NCBI GenBank assembly: GCA_018823045.1
Contig: JAHJIX010000016.1
Coordinates: 2,961-66,960 of the forward strand
Source of the DNA: Patescibacteria group bacterium
Lineage (GTDB): Bacteria > Patescibacteriota > Patescibacteriia > Magasanikbacterales > UBA922
DNA: 64,000 bases
Reading direction: 5' to 3'
A model generated the notes under the pieces. It was not told where the DNA came from and made no database searches. It saw nothing but the letters and a program-made list of their open reading frames with translations. Position 1 is the first letter of the stretch. Each line of letters opens with the position of its first letter. This document shows positions 8,123-17,621 of the stretch, one piece after another. A program made the translations under genes and the position numbers.

Positions 8123-8965
8123 TTGTATATGAAAGATATTAATATTGTATTTCTCAACTACATGATGAAGGATGACATTCTTCGTGCAATTGAAAGCCTT
8201 GTGGCAGATATCACTGGGTCTGTTTTTGATATCCAAATAACAGTGGCAGATAACTCAGAAAATAAAGATAATATTAAAGAAGATCTTGCAAAAAAATTTC
8301 CACAAGTTGATTATGTTGATGCAGGTGGAAATATTGGTTTTGGTGCAGGAAATATGAAAGGGTTTGAGCGAACAGAAGCACGATATTATTTTGCACTTAA
8401 TCGAGATACGATTATTCCTAAAGGAACTCAGGTGATTGATCAAATGATTACTTATATGGATGAGCATCTAAAGATTGGTTGTATTGGGCCAAAATTATTA
8501 AATATGGATGGTACTCTTCAATATTCTTGTTATCGATTTGATTTTAAATCTATTTTTATTAAACCATTAAAACAAATTAATTTTGATAAAAAATATAAAT
8601 GGGTAAAAAAACACACTGATCGTTTACTGATGAAAGATTTTGATCATAATAGTACGCGACCTGTTGATTGGGTACTTGGGGCTGCAATGATGGTACGAAA
8701 AGAAGTTATGAATAATACTGGTGGATTTGATGATCGATTTTTTATGTATTTAGAAGATGCTGACTGGTGTCATCGTATGTGGGAAGCCGGATACCCAGTG
8801 TATTATGTTCATGACATTGTTATTAAGCATGTGCATGCACGAGATTCATCAAAAGTTCCTGGAATTTTTAAAGCATTATTTAAAAACAAACTCGCTCGGA
8901 TTCATTTAGTAAGTTGGATGAAGTATTTGTGGAAATGGCGAGGTAATTATTCTTACGATAAATAA
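8123..8965 (+). CDS. Family-2 glycosyltransferase
   Basis: GT2-like N-terminal Rossmann half and DxD-type acidic motifs (ADNSENKD, YLEDADW). Confidence 0.65.
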   Translation: MYMKDINIVFLNYMMKDDILRAIESLVADITGSVFDIQITVADNSENKDNIKEDLAKKFPQVDYVDAGGNIGFGAGNMKGFERTEARYYFALNRDTIIPKGTQVIDQMITYMDEHLKIGCIGPKLLNMDGTLQYSCYRFDFKSIFIKPLKQINFDKKYKWVKKHTDRLLMKDFDHNSTRPVDWVLGAAMMVRKEVMNNTGGFDDRFFMYLEDADWCHRMWEAGYPVYYVHDIVIKHVHARDSSKVPGIFKALFKNKLARIHLVSWMKYLWKWRGNYSYDK

Positions 8966-8971
8966 ATTTTT

Positions 8972-10078
8972 ATGAAACAATATCCAAAAATAGCGATTGT
9001 GTACTTACTGTTTTATCATAATGAATCATATGTTGATAATGTAGTTTCAGCACTTAAACGTTTAACTTATCCAAAAGATAGAGTTGAGTTTATTGTGGTT
9101 GCAAATCCACATCCAGAAGATGGATCATTTGTGCATTATATTGAAGATACTGTTATTCCTCTTTCAGAAAAAGGGGAAATTCCTCATACAACCATTATTG
9201 CCAACAAAGAAAATTTAGGATTTGCTGGGGGAAATAATAAAGGATCTGATTGGGCGATTGAACATGGATTTGATTATGTGTTTTTTCATAATAATGATGG
9301 TTTTTTTGCTGCCAATGCACTTGAGCCACTTATAGAAGTACTTGAAGCAGAAAAAACTATTGGTATGGCACAGTCACTCATGCTTCTTCATCCAGAAACT
9401 GAGCTGATTAATAGTACTGGAAATGCTTTTCATTATTTAGGATTTGGGTATTCAAATGACTATCGATTAAAGATTGCAGATGTTGAATTGCCAAAAGTAA
9501 AAGAAATTGATTATGCCAGTGGTGCAGCTTTGCTTGTTCGTACAGAAATGATTAAAAAGCATGGCTCATGGGATCATGACTTCTTTATGTATCATGAAGA
9601 TTTAGAATGGGGGCTTCGTTTGCGTTCACTTGGGTATAAAGTGGTATTAGTACGTGATTCTGTTTTTTATCATCAATATCAATTTGCACGGAGTATTAGC
9701 AAATTCTATTTTATGGAACGCAATCGTTGGGCGGTAATGATTATGTATTTGAAATGGCCAACATGGATGTTGTTGCTTCCAATACTTATTCCACTTGAAT
9801 TAGGGTTGTGGTATTTCTCTTGGAGAAATGGCTATATGGCAAAACGAGTAGAAGTGTATAAATATTGGATGAAGAAGGAAAATCGTGCGATTTGGTTGAA
9901 AAAACGAAAAAAGATTCAAAAAGAGCGTCTTGTGTCAGACAGATTTTTAATGAAGCATACAGTTACAGGAATTCATTTTCAAGATGAGTCAGTGACCAGT
10001 CCTTTGGTAACATATCTTGCAAATCCAGTGATGAAGGTGTATTATTGGATTATTGTTCGTGGATTATTGTGGTGGTAA
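8972..10078 (+). CDS. Family-2 glycosyltransferase with a C-terminal membrane segment
   Basis: IAIVYLLFYHNESYV ... FFHNNDGF (DxD-like), YHEDLEWGLR; C-terminal TM helices. Confidence 0.7.
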   Translation: MKQYPKIAIVYLLFYHNESYVDNVVSALKRLTYPKDRVEFIVVANPHPEDGSFVHYIEDTVIPLSEKGEIPHTTIIANKENLGFAGGNNKGSDWAIEHGFDYVFFHNNDGFFAANALEPLIEVLEAEKTIGMAQSLMLLHPETELINSTGNAFHYLGFGYSNDYRLKIADVELPKVKEIDYASGAALLVRTEMIKKHGSWDHDFFMYHEDLEWGLRLRSLGYKVVLVRDSVFYHQYQFARSISKFYFMERNRWAVMIMYLKWPTWMLLLPILIPLELGLWYFSWRNGYMAKRVEVYKYWMKKENRAIWLKKRKKIQKERLVSDRFLMKHTVTGIHFQDESVTSPLVTYLANPVMKVYYWIIVRGLLWW

Positions 10079-10082
10079 TATT

Positions 10083-11168
10083 ATGAAAATTAAAAAAGCA
10101 ATTTTAACTGGTGGAGGACGTGCAACACGGTTGCATCCGATAACAACAACAGTAAATAAACATTTACTTCCATTGGCCAATAAACCAATGATGTTTCATG
10201 CAATTGAAAAAGCGATTGAAGCCGGAATTGATCAGATTTTTATCAATGTAAATCCAGGTGAAACAGAATTGCAAAAATATATTGGTGATGGTGGGCATTG
10301 GGGCATTACCATAACGTATTTTGAGCAAACTGGCGGTCCAAAAGGTATTGCACATGTAGTGAATCAGGCTAAAGAATTTATTGGCGATGATCCATTCATG
10401 TTTTATTTATCAGATAATGTGTTGTTGGGTGATTTGACTGAGTTAGTTGATCAATTTCATAAAGGAAAGCATGATTGTATGCTTGCGTTGTCTGAAGTTC
10501 CTGATCCCGAGCGATTTGGAGTGCCTGTATTTAATGATGAAGGTATTTTAGTAGATATTCATGAAAAACCAGCAGAGCCAAAAAGTAATTTTGCAGTGAC
10601 TGGGATTTATTTGTATGGACCAAAGGTGTTTTTTAATGCTTATGAGCACATTGAACCAAGTCATAGGGGAGAGTATGAAATTTCAAGTATTCATTCTCAC
10701 TTTTTAAAACAAGGTTTATCTGTTGGGTATAAAGAAATTACTGGCTGGTGGAAAGATACTGGAAAACCAAAAGACATGTTGCTTGCAAGTGCACTTCTTT
10801 TAGATAATTTAGATTCAGATGCATTTCCACACCAAGGAGATGTGCATCCGGATGCACACATTTCAGGGAAGGTGCAGATTGGTATTGGATCAACGATTGG
10901 AGCTGATGTGATGATTGAAGGGCCAGTAATTATTGCAGAAAATTGTGAATTAACATCTTGTCATATTGGGCCACATGTTACTGTCGGGAATGGAACGGCA
11001 ATTTACCGAGCGCATATAGATAATAGTATTATTTTGGAAAATACGACAATTGATATGGATTTGCATATCAGTGGAAGTATTATTGGGAAAAATGTGGTGA
11101 TGAAACAAAAGCAAGAGAAAAAAGGGAAAGAAATGATTATTGGAGATAAAACGCAAATTGAGTTATAA
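10083..11168 (+). CDS. rmlA: Glucose-1-phosphate thymidylyl/nucleotidyltransferase, long form with a C-terminal left-handed beta-helix
   Basis: GGGRATRLHPIT (G-G-x-G-T-R-L), LPLANKPMM; C-terminal hexapeptide-repeat-like region; sits in the rml cluster. Start chosen at the ATG at 10083 rather than 10053. Confidence 0.7.
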   Translation: MKIKKAILTGGGRATRLHPITTTVNKHLLPLANKPMMFHAIEKAIEAGIDQIFINVNPGETELQKYIGDGGHWGITITYFEQTGGPKGIAHVVNQAKEFIGDDPFMFYLSDNVLLGDLTELVDQFHKGKHDCMLALSEVPDPERFGVPVFNDEGILVDIHEKPAEPKSNFAVTGIYLYGPKVFFNAYEHIEPSHRGEYEISSIHSHFLKQGLSVGYKEITGWWKDTGKPKDMLLASALLLDNLDSDAFPHQGDVHPDAHISGKVQIGIGSTIGADVMIEGPVIIAENCELTSCHIGPHVTVGNGTAIYRAHIDNSIILENTTIDMDLHISGSIIGKNVVMKQKQEKKGKEMIIGDKTQIEL

Positions 11169-11184
11169 CAATAAAAACAGTGCT

Positions 11185-12660
11185 ATGGGGGGAATGATAC
11201 AATCAAAAAGCAAAACGTTTTTAGCGTTTTGTTTTTCGTTTTTAATAGGAGTAAGTAGTGCTTCTTTTTTTGTATTTCAGATTCCTGTCGTTTGGGTCTA
11301 TGTCAGTGTGTTTTTGTGTGTTTCTCTTGGAATACTTATTTGGGAATATCGCTTTATTCGTTTTGTTTTTTTATGTGCAGTGTTTGTCTATATTGGATTG
11401 CTTCGTTATCAGTTTGCTTTTCCTTTGGGAGAGCAGCATGTATCACATTTATCTGGTGAGCACGCTGTTGTCGGAGTTATTATCACTGAACCAGATATCC
11501 GGACTGACGCAGTAAGATATATTGTTGAGACAACGAGCGTGGACGAAGTTGTGTCTTCGGGGCGTGTGTATGTAAAGTTGCCACTTTATCCACGTTTTGC
11601 ATATGGAGATGAAATTGCGCTGGATTGTCTTCTGCAAGTGCCAGAGCCAATTGAAAAGTTTCGTTATGACATGTATTTGGCACGCTATGGCGTATTTTCT
11701 CTTTGTCGAACACAAAAAGAGGTCACACTCATTTCAGAGGGAAATGCATCTTTTTTCTTGCGGACAATATTTAGACTCAAAGCACGTATTGCAGATAAAA
11801 TTGAGTTATTATGGCATGAACCAATGGCAGGATTTATGGCTGGATTGCTTTATGGATATAGAGGGGGACTTGGGAGTTTAAATGAATTATTTGCTCGCAC
11901 AGGTGTGACGCATATTATTGCAATTTCTGGATATAATATTACGCTCATTGCCAGTATCTTGATGACAATGTGTATTCACCTTCTTATTCCACGCAAAAAG
12001 GCATTTTGGTTGTTGAGTATTGGGATTGTTCTTTTTGTTATTTTTGCTGGTGCGTCAGCTTCTGTTGTACGAGCTGGGGTTATGGGAATGATTGTATTAT
12101 TTGCAAAACGCTTAGGGAGAAATTCTTCTATTCTTCCGACAATGATGGCGACAGCCGTTTGTATGACGCTGATCAATCCATTTATTTTAATCTGGGATGC
12201 TGGGTTTCAACTTTCATTTATTGCAACTATTGGCCTTGTATATTTAACACCAATCATAGAGCGACCTTTGCGTCGTATTCCTGAGTTGTTTGGTATGAAA
12301 GAATCTCTGATTTCAACACTGGCTGCTATTATTGCAACATTGCCACTTATTTTATATCAATTTGGGCGGCTTTCTGTGGTGGCTCCAATAGTAAATATGC
12401 TTATTTTGTGGATTCTCCCTTGGATAATGATGGTCGGCTTTTTTGCGGTGGTTATGAGTTTTGTTTTTTTGCCGCTGGCGCAATATCTTGCATGGATTGC
12501 TTGGTTGGGCATGAGCTACATTGTTATTATTGTCCATTATTTTTCAGATGTATCTTTTGCTGCTGTGGATGTTTCTTTCCCGTTGTGGGGGATGCTTGTT
12601 GGGTATGCATTATTAGGATATTTGTTATATCGTCAGAAGAAACAAAGTGTGGTATCATAA
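11185..12660 (+). CDS. comEC: ComEC/Rec2 competence channel protein (DUF4131 + competence domain; no fused MBL domain)
   Basis: GVTHIIAISGYNITLIAS competence-domain signature; many TM helices; the MBL domain is encoded separately at 14373-15290. Confidence 0.75.
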   Translation: MGGMIQSKSKTFLAFCFSFLIGVSSASFFVFQIPVVWVYVSVFLCVSLGILIWEYRFIRFVFLCAVFVYIGLLRYQFAFPLGEQHVSHLSGEHAVVGVIITEPDIRTDAVRYIVETTSVDEVVSSGRVYVKLPLYPRFAYGDEIALDCLLQVPEPIEKFRYDMYLARYGVFSLCRTQKEVTLISEGNASFFLRTIFRLKARIADKIELLWHEPMAGFMAGLLYGYRGGLGSLNELFARTGVTHIIAISGYNITLIASILMTMCIHLLIPRKKAFWLLSIGIVLFVIFAGASASVVRAGVMGMIVLFAKRLGRNSSILPTMMATAVCMTLINPFILIWDAGFQLSFIATIGLVYLTPIIERPLRRIPELFGMKESLISTLAAIIATLPLILYQFGRLSVVAPIVNMLILWILPWIMMVGFFAVVMSFVFLPLAQYLAWIAWLGMSYIVIIVHYFSDVSFAAVDVSFPLWGMLVGYALLGYLLYRQKKQSVVS

Positions 12661-12692
12661 ATATATACTAGATTATTTTTAACAAGAATCAT

Positions 12693-13685
12693 ATGATCAA
12701 ACGTATGTTTTTGGGAATGGGGCTTTTATTATTTGTATTGGCTCCACTTTCATTTGTTGGTGCACAAGATATTGCTGATACAACAAGTGCAGATGCCGAA
12801 TTTGCAGAAGAAGTATTAGAAGAAATCGTGGTGGAAGAAGTGACAGAAATTCCATCAGGTTTTAATGTATTTTGGCGTGGAGTAAAAGAACGTGTTGCGT
12901 TAACGTTTACTTTTGACCCTGTAAAAAAAGCAGAAAAACAATTGGAGTACGCAGAAGAGCGTATGAATATTGCTGAGTATATTGCAGAGCATACAGAAGA
13001 TGAAGCAGTACAAGAGCGTGCTGAACAAATGATGGAGCGTGCAAATAAACTCATGGAAAAAGTAAATGAGAATAAAGATAAATGGATCGAAAAATCAGGT
13101 GCTCGTTTTGATCGTTTAGTGAAAAATTTAAGTGAATATGAAGTGCGTCGAGAAGCGGTTTTTGATAAACTAGAAGAAAAACTTCCAGAACAAGCACGTG
13201 AACGTTTAGAAAAAATTCATGATAAAGCCATTGAGCGTAGTGAACGATTAATGGAACGTTTGGGAGATGAAGATTTATCAGAAGAAGTAAAAGAACATGT
13301 TGAAGCGGCAAAAGCATATGTTCAAGAGAGACGCGAGGAAGTAAAAGAGTATAGAGAAGAACAAAAAGAATTACGCGAACGGTTAAAAGATGGTGATGAA
13401 GATGCAAAAGAAGAATTAAAAGATTTGCATGATGAACGTGTTGAAGAAATACAAGAACAACGCGAAGAGATGCAAGGTCGTGTAGAAGAGTTACGTGAAG
13501 AAGCGACTGATGGTGATGTTGGTGCGCGATTGCAATTGCGTGCTATGAGAGAAGCTGGTGAGCAAGTAAGAGAACAGACACAAGAACGACTAGGAGATCG
13601 AGAATATGATGAATTGGATGATAGTAGTAACGATGATAACGGTGATGATTCAGATGATGATTTTGATGGGGAAGATAATGATTAG
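12693..13685 (+). CDS. Secreted, highly charged coiled-coil protein with an acidic D-rich C-terminal tail
   Basis: Signal peptide MIKRMFLGMGLLLFVLAPLSFVGAQD; E/K/R-rich heptad-like sequence; C-terminus DDSSNDDNGDDSDDDFDGEDND. Confidence 0.5.
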   Translation: MIKRMFLGMGLLLFVLAPLSFVGAQDIADTTSADAEFAEEVLEEIVVEEVTEIPSGFNVFWRGVKERVALTFTFDPVKKAEKQLEYAEERMNIAEYIAEHTEDEAVQERAEQMMERANKLMEKVNENKDKWIEKSGARFDRLVKNLSEYEVRREAVFDKLEEKLPEQARERLEKIHDKAIERSERLMERLGDEDLSEEVKEHVEAAKAYVQERREEVKEYREEQKELRERLKDGDEDAKEELKDLHDERVEEIQEQREEMQGRVEELREEATDGDVGARLQLRAMREAGEQVREQTQERLGDREYDELDDSSNDDNGDDSDDDFDGEDND

Positions 13686-13762
13686 ATGTTCTCTGTTTAT
13701 TTTATATAATAGAGAATGCAAGGAAATGGGTCTGCCAGCTGTTTAACAGTTGGTGGGCTTTT

Positions 13763-14314
13763 CTAATTTAAGAGTGTTTGTATGTTTTGTGCAATATCAT
13801 TAATATTGATTTTATCAAAATCAGTCGTATCAAGAGTTATAACATGTTCATTTAGTTTGAGTGATCGATCCGTATCTTTATTAGAAAAATTGTAGTTCCA
13901 GCTATCAACATGACCAGGATGTCTATTTCCAGATTCATTGCGATCAATAAATCGTTTTTGGCGGAGTGCTTCATCACAGGTACAATATAGTTCAATTGGA
14001 AGATAATGTGGGTGTTTGTTTATGAGTTCTTGAATATTTTTTATATCATATTTTGGGATAAATGCATTTTCAATAATGATTGAGTTATGCGTTGCAATGT
14101 GATTTTCTGCAATATCAAATAAAAGTTTAATACTTGCTCCACCAAGTGTTTTTGACCATTCCCGATCTTTTACTCCAAGCGTATCAAATAATGATTCTTT
14201 AATATCATCTTTAGAAATAAGAGGAAGGGAAAGTAATTTACTTAATTTTTTAGCAATCGTTGTTTTCCCTGTGCCAGGGTGTCCGTTTACGATAATCAGT
14301 GCTGTTTTTTTCAT
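13763..14314 (-). CDS. P-loop kinase (AAA_33 / zeta-toxin-like nucleotide kinase family)
   Basis: Walker A GHPGTGKTT near the N-terminus; roughly 180 aa. Confidence 0.55.
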   Translation of the reverse strand: MKKTALIIVNGHPGTGKTTIAKKLSKLLSLPLISKDDIKESLFDTLGVKDREWSKTLGGASIKLLFDIAENHIATHNSIIIENAFIPKYDIKNIQELINKHPHYLPIELYCTCDEALRQKRFIDRNESGNRHPGHVDSWNYNFSNKDTDRSLKLNEHVITLDTTDFDKININDIAQNIQTLLN

Positions 14315-14372
14315 AATAGAAAAGTATGTTACAATATAGTCACCGTAGCATATTTTTTAAGATTATTCAATT

Positions 14373-15290
14373 ATGAAAAAAGTCATATTTATTATTTTCT
14401 TTTTGCTTGCGTCTACCATTGCCATGCGTGAATATGTTGCAGAAGATATCGCTATTGCCGAGAGTGATGTTGAGCAGACAATACTATCTGAAGGGAAATT
14501 GCAAGTCCATTTTTTAGATATCGGTCAGGGTGATGCGAGCTTTATTCAGTTTGCAGATGGACAACAGATGCTTGTTGATTGTGCTATTGATGCGCGTATT
14601 TTAGAAGCGCTTGGGCGTGTGATGCCATTTTATGATCATACAATTGATTACATGCTTATTACTCATCCAGATAAAGATCACTATGGTGGGTGTATAGATG
14701 TGTTGGAGCGTTTTGATGTTGCTAATATTGTGTATACAGGTGTAAAAAAAGATCAAAACTTTTATAGAGAATTTGAAGAAAAGATGTATGCGGAAGGTGC
14801 AGAGTATTATCAGATTTCAGGAGAAGAAACATGGAATATTGCAAGCACTTCAATTCAATTTTTATATCCAGATCATTCTGTTGTAGATGATTATCGTTTG
14901 CCAGGGTATGAAAAGGATACTGGGTATAATAATACATCAATTGCTTTTTTACTTGAGCATAATGGACGAAATATATTATTTACTGGAGACGCAGAAGAAG
15001 AGGAAGAAGAGTATTTAATTGATCGTTATGGAGAAGCGCTTGACGTTGATATTTTAAAAGCAGGGCATCATGGAAGTGCAGGGGCATCTATTCCTGAATT
15101 TTTGAGTATAACAAGTCCTGAGCATGTTGTTTTTTCTGCTGGAAAAGATAATCAATATGGTCATCCATCTCGGCGAGTATTAAAGCGTGTTGAGCGAGTG
15201 AGTAGTACTGTGTGGCGTACAGATATGCAGGGAGACATTCATGTCGTGATTGGGGAAGACATTACAATTGAGTCTCTGCCGACTTTGTGA
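14373..15290 (+). CDS. Metallo-beta-lactamase-fold protein resembling the ComEC C-terminal domain, secreted or membrane-anchored
   Basis: HFLDIGQGDASFI ... ITHPDKDHYGG (HxHxDH-type MBL motif) ... AGHHGS; N-terminal signal/TM. Confidence 0.7.
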   Translation: MKKVIFIIFFLLASTIAMREYVAEDIAIAESDVEQTILSEGKLQVHFLDIGQGDASFIQFADGQQMLVDCAIDARILEALGRVMPFYDHTIDYMLITHPDKDHYGGCIDVLERFDVANIVYTGVKKDQNFYREFEEKMYAEGAEYYQISGEETWNIASTSIQFLYPDHSVVDDYRLPGYEKDTGYNNTSIAFLLEHNGRNILFTGDAEEEEEEYLIDRYGEALDVDILKAGHHGSAGASIPEFLSITSPEHVVFSAGKDNQYGHPSRRVLKRVERVSSTVWRTDMQGDIHVVIGEDITIESLPTL

Positions 15291-15304
15291 TATGATCATG
15301 CTAT

Positions 15305-16234
15305 ATGAAAAGAAAAGAACGAATACAAGAGGTTATTCCCGTATTATTTTCTTGGTATACCAAAGAAGCACGAGTGTTGCCATGGCGAGAGACGCGAGAT
15401 CCATATCGTGTGCTTGTGAGTGAAATTATGCTTCAACAAACGCAAGTTGACCGAGTGATAGAAAAATATAAAGAATTTTTAACGGAATTTCCGACAGTAC
15501 AAGATTTAGTAAAGGCTTCAACAGCTGATGTTATTCGTTCTTGGGTAGGGCTTGGTTACAATCGGCGGGCCTTATTTTTACAAAAAACAGCCCGAGCAGT
15601 GGTCAGTGAATATAATGGAGTATTTCCTGCTGATTTAGAAAAATTAAAGGCATTGCCAGGTCTGGGAGACTATACGGCACGAGCGGTGTTATCTTTTGCT
15701 TTTGATAAAGCGGTGCCAATGATGGACACGAATCATAGGCGTATCTATACACGCTTATTTTTTGGTATTCAAGAGAAAAAAGATGCTGAGTTGATTGCTG
15801 TTGGTGAATTAATGGGGGAGCCTATGCAAAAAATGACTATTGCTAAAAAGGTTCCATTTGGGCAAAAACAAAGCAATATGTATCATTGGAATCAGATGCT
15901 GATGGATTTTGGCTCAGCACTCTGTACATCAAGGAGTCCTAAGTGTAGTGATTGCCCTGTGCAAGTATATTGCAAAGCATATCCAAAAAGTCTCACTGCC
16001 TTTGAAAAAAAGAAAAAATTAGCTAAAACAAGTAAAAAAACACCATTTCGAGACACTGATCGCTATTATCGAGGGCGAATTGTTGATTTACTTCGTCAAG
16101 ATGGGGAAGTGTCTATCACAAAAGTGCATAGTAGATTTGACGATATTCCAAAAGAACGATTAGATAAAATTATCCTACAATTAGCCAAAGATGGCTTGAT
16201 TAAAATTGAAAAAAAGCGTATAGTATTCCCATAG
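15305..16234 (+). CDS. mutY: A/G-specific adenine DNA glycosylase MutY-like (HhH-GPD with a 4Fe-4S cluster), non-canonical C-terminal domain
   Basis: LPWRETRDPYRVLVSEIMLQQTQV, HhH LPGLGDYTA, Cys cluster CTSRSPKCSDCPVQVYC; the C-terminus is basic and not Nudix-like. Confidence 0.7.
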   Translation: MKRKERIQEVIPVLFSWYTKEARVLPWRETRDPYRVLVSEIMLQQTQVDRVIEKYKEFLTEFPTVQDLVKASTADVIRSWVGLGYNRRALFLQKTARAVVSEYNGVFPADLEKLKALPGLGDYTARAVLSFAFDKAVPMMDTNHRRIYTRLFFGIQEKKDAELIAVGELMGEPMQKMTIAKKVPFGQKQSNMYHWNQMLMDFGSALCTSRSPKCSDCPVQVYCKAYPKSLTAFEKKKKLAKTSKKTPFRDTDRYYRGRIVDLLRQDGEVSITKVHSRFDDIPKERLDKIILQLAKDGLIKIEKKRIVFP

Positions 16235-16251
16235 AATTAACCAAAAATACT

Positions 16252-16599
16252 ATGTTTTTACTTCTTCGTTGGATTATCAACGCTGCCACTCTTTTAGTGA
16301 TTGCAAAATATGTACCAGGGGTCTTTTTAGATGGTTGGTATGCAGCATTTATGGTTGCTTTGGTCTTAGGATTGGTGAATGCTGTTATTCGTCCAATTCT
16401 CATCTTTTTTACCTTGCCGTTAACTATTTTGACTTTAGGATTATTTACTTTTGTCATTAATGCGGTGCTCTTTTGGTTTGTGAGTAGCTTTATGGATAGT
16501 TTTGTTGTTCAAGGGTTTTGGGCAGCATTTGTAGGCGCACTTTGTATGAGTATGATGAGTGCTCTTGTGGGTTCTCTTTTAAAAAAAGATAAAAAATGA
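16252..16599 (+). CDS. Small 4-TM membrane protein (DUF360 / phage-holin-4-like family)
   Basis: Four hydrophobic helices; sequence pattern typical of the YvlD/DUF360 family. Confidence 0.45.
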   Translation: MFLLLRWIINAATLLVIAKYVPGVFLDGWYAAFMVALVLGLVNAVIRPILIFFTLPLTILTLGLFTFVINAVLFWFVSSFMDSFVVQGFWAAFVGALCMSMMSALVGSLLKKDKK

Positions 16600-17291
16600 T
16601 AGTTATGTCAAAAAAAATTATTTCAGTTGGGGGTTCAATGATTATCCCAAAAACAGGTTTTGATACTAATTTTTTGCGAGATTTTCGTGCTCTTATTTTA
16701 GAAGAAGTAGAACGAGGAACCACTTTTGTCTTAGTTGCTGGTGGTGGAGCAACATGTCGCTATTATCAAGATGCACTTAAAGAAGTTGTTGATATGAGCG
16801 ATGAGTCACTCGATTGGATGGGCATTGCAGCCACTCGCATTAATGCAGAGTTTCTCATGCATTTGTTTCAAGGTTATGTGTATGAACGTATTATTGCAAA
16901 TCCAACAGAGCATGTAGAAACTGATAAACCAATTATTATTGGTTGTGGATGGAAACCAGGGCATTCAAGTGACGTTGACGCTATTGTTATGGCACAAACT
17001 TATGGCGCAGATACCGTGATGAATATCTCAAATATTACGCATGTCTATGATAAAGATCCAAATGAATTTTCTGACGCAGTAAAAATTGAAGATATGGATT
17101 GGGAAAGTTTTCGACGAGATATTGTAGGATATGAATGGAAACCAGGAAGCAGTGCACCATTTGACCCAATTGCAAGTAAAATGGCCCATGAATCAGGCTT
17201 AGTTGTTCAAATTGTTCAAGGAACAGCACTTGATGAAGTAGCTAAGGCGTTGAGAGGAGAGGCGTTTGAAGGGACTCTTTTGCATGTATAA
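16596..17291 (+). CDS. pyrH: Uridylate (UMP) kinase, archaeal-type short form
   Basis: ISVGGSMI, VLVAGGGATCR, GIAATRINAEF, GCGWKPGHSSDVDAIVMA, HVYDKDP; amino-acid-kinase fold, about 230 aa. Confidence 0.7.
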   Translation: MIVMSKKIISVGGSMIIPKTGFDTNFLRDFRALILEEVERGTTFVLVAGGGATCRYYQDALKEVVDMSDESLDWMGIAATRINAEFLMHLFQGYVYERIIANPTEHVETDKPIIIGCGWKPGHSSDVDAIVMAQTYGADTVMNISNITHVYDKDPNEFSDAVKIEDMDWESFRRDIVGYEWKPGSSAPFDPIASKMAHESGLVVQIVQGTALDEVAKALRGEAFEGTLLHV

Positions 17292-17333
17292 TAAACATAA
17301 TAAGTAAAAAGATAAAAATTATTTATATAACAG

Positions 17334-17564
17334 TTGACTATGAAAAATAAGGAGGCGCAGAATTGTTGGGAATTTTGGGATTGTAAAGTGAAAAAAGATT
17401 GTTATGCGTATAAAACTGATTCAGGGAGAGAATGTTGGTTTATTTCATCACGATGCCCAAGAATTAATCAAGGAAAACCAGGAGTACCCAAAGTAGATCA
17501 AGGTTTTGAATATTGTGGAGAGTGTCCGTGGTATCAAAAATTAAATCCTGAGAAGAAAAAATAG
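17334..17564 (+). CDS. Small Cys-rich protein with two Cys-Trp motifs (two-CW-domain-like)
   Basis: NCWEFWDCK and ECWFISSRC, plus CGECPWY. Confidence 0.4.
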   Translation: MTMKNKEAQNCWEFWDCKVKKDCYAYKTDSGRECWFISSRCPRINQGKPGVPKVDQGFEYCGECPWYQKLNPEKKK

Positions 17565-17621
17565 GATTAATTAAAAAAACAATTTCAGAAAAAATTTTTA
17601 TGATTAACTTATATATCATAT

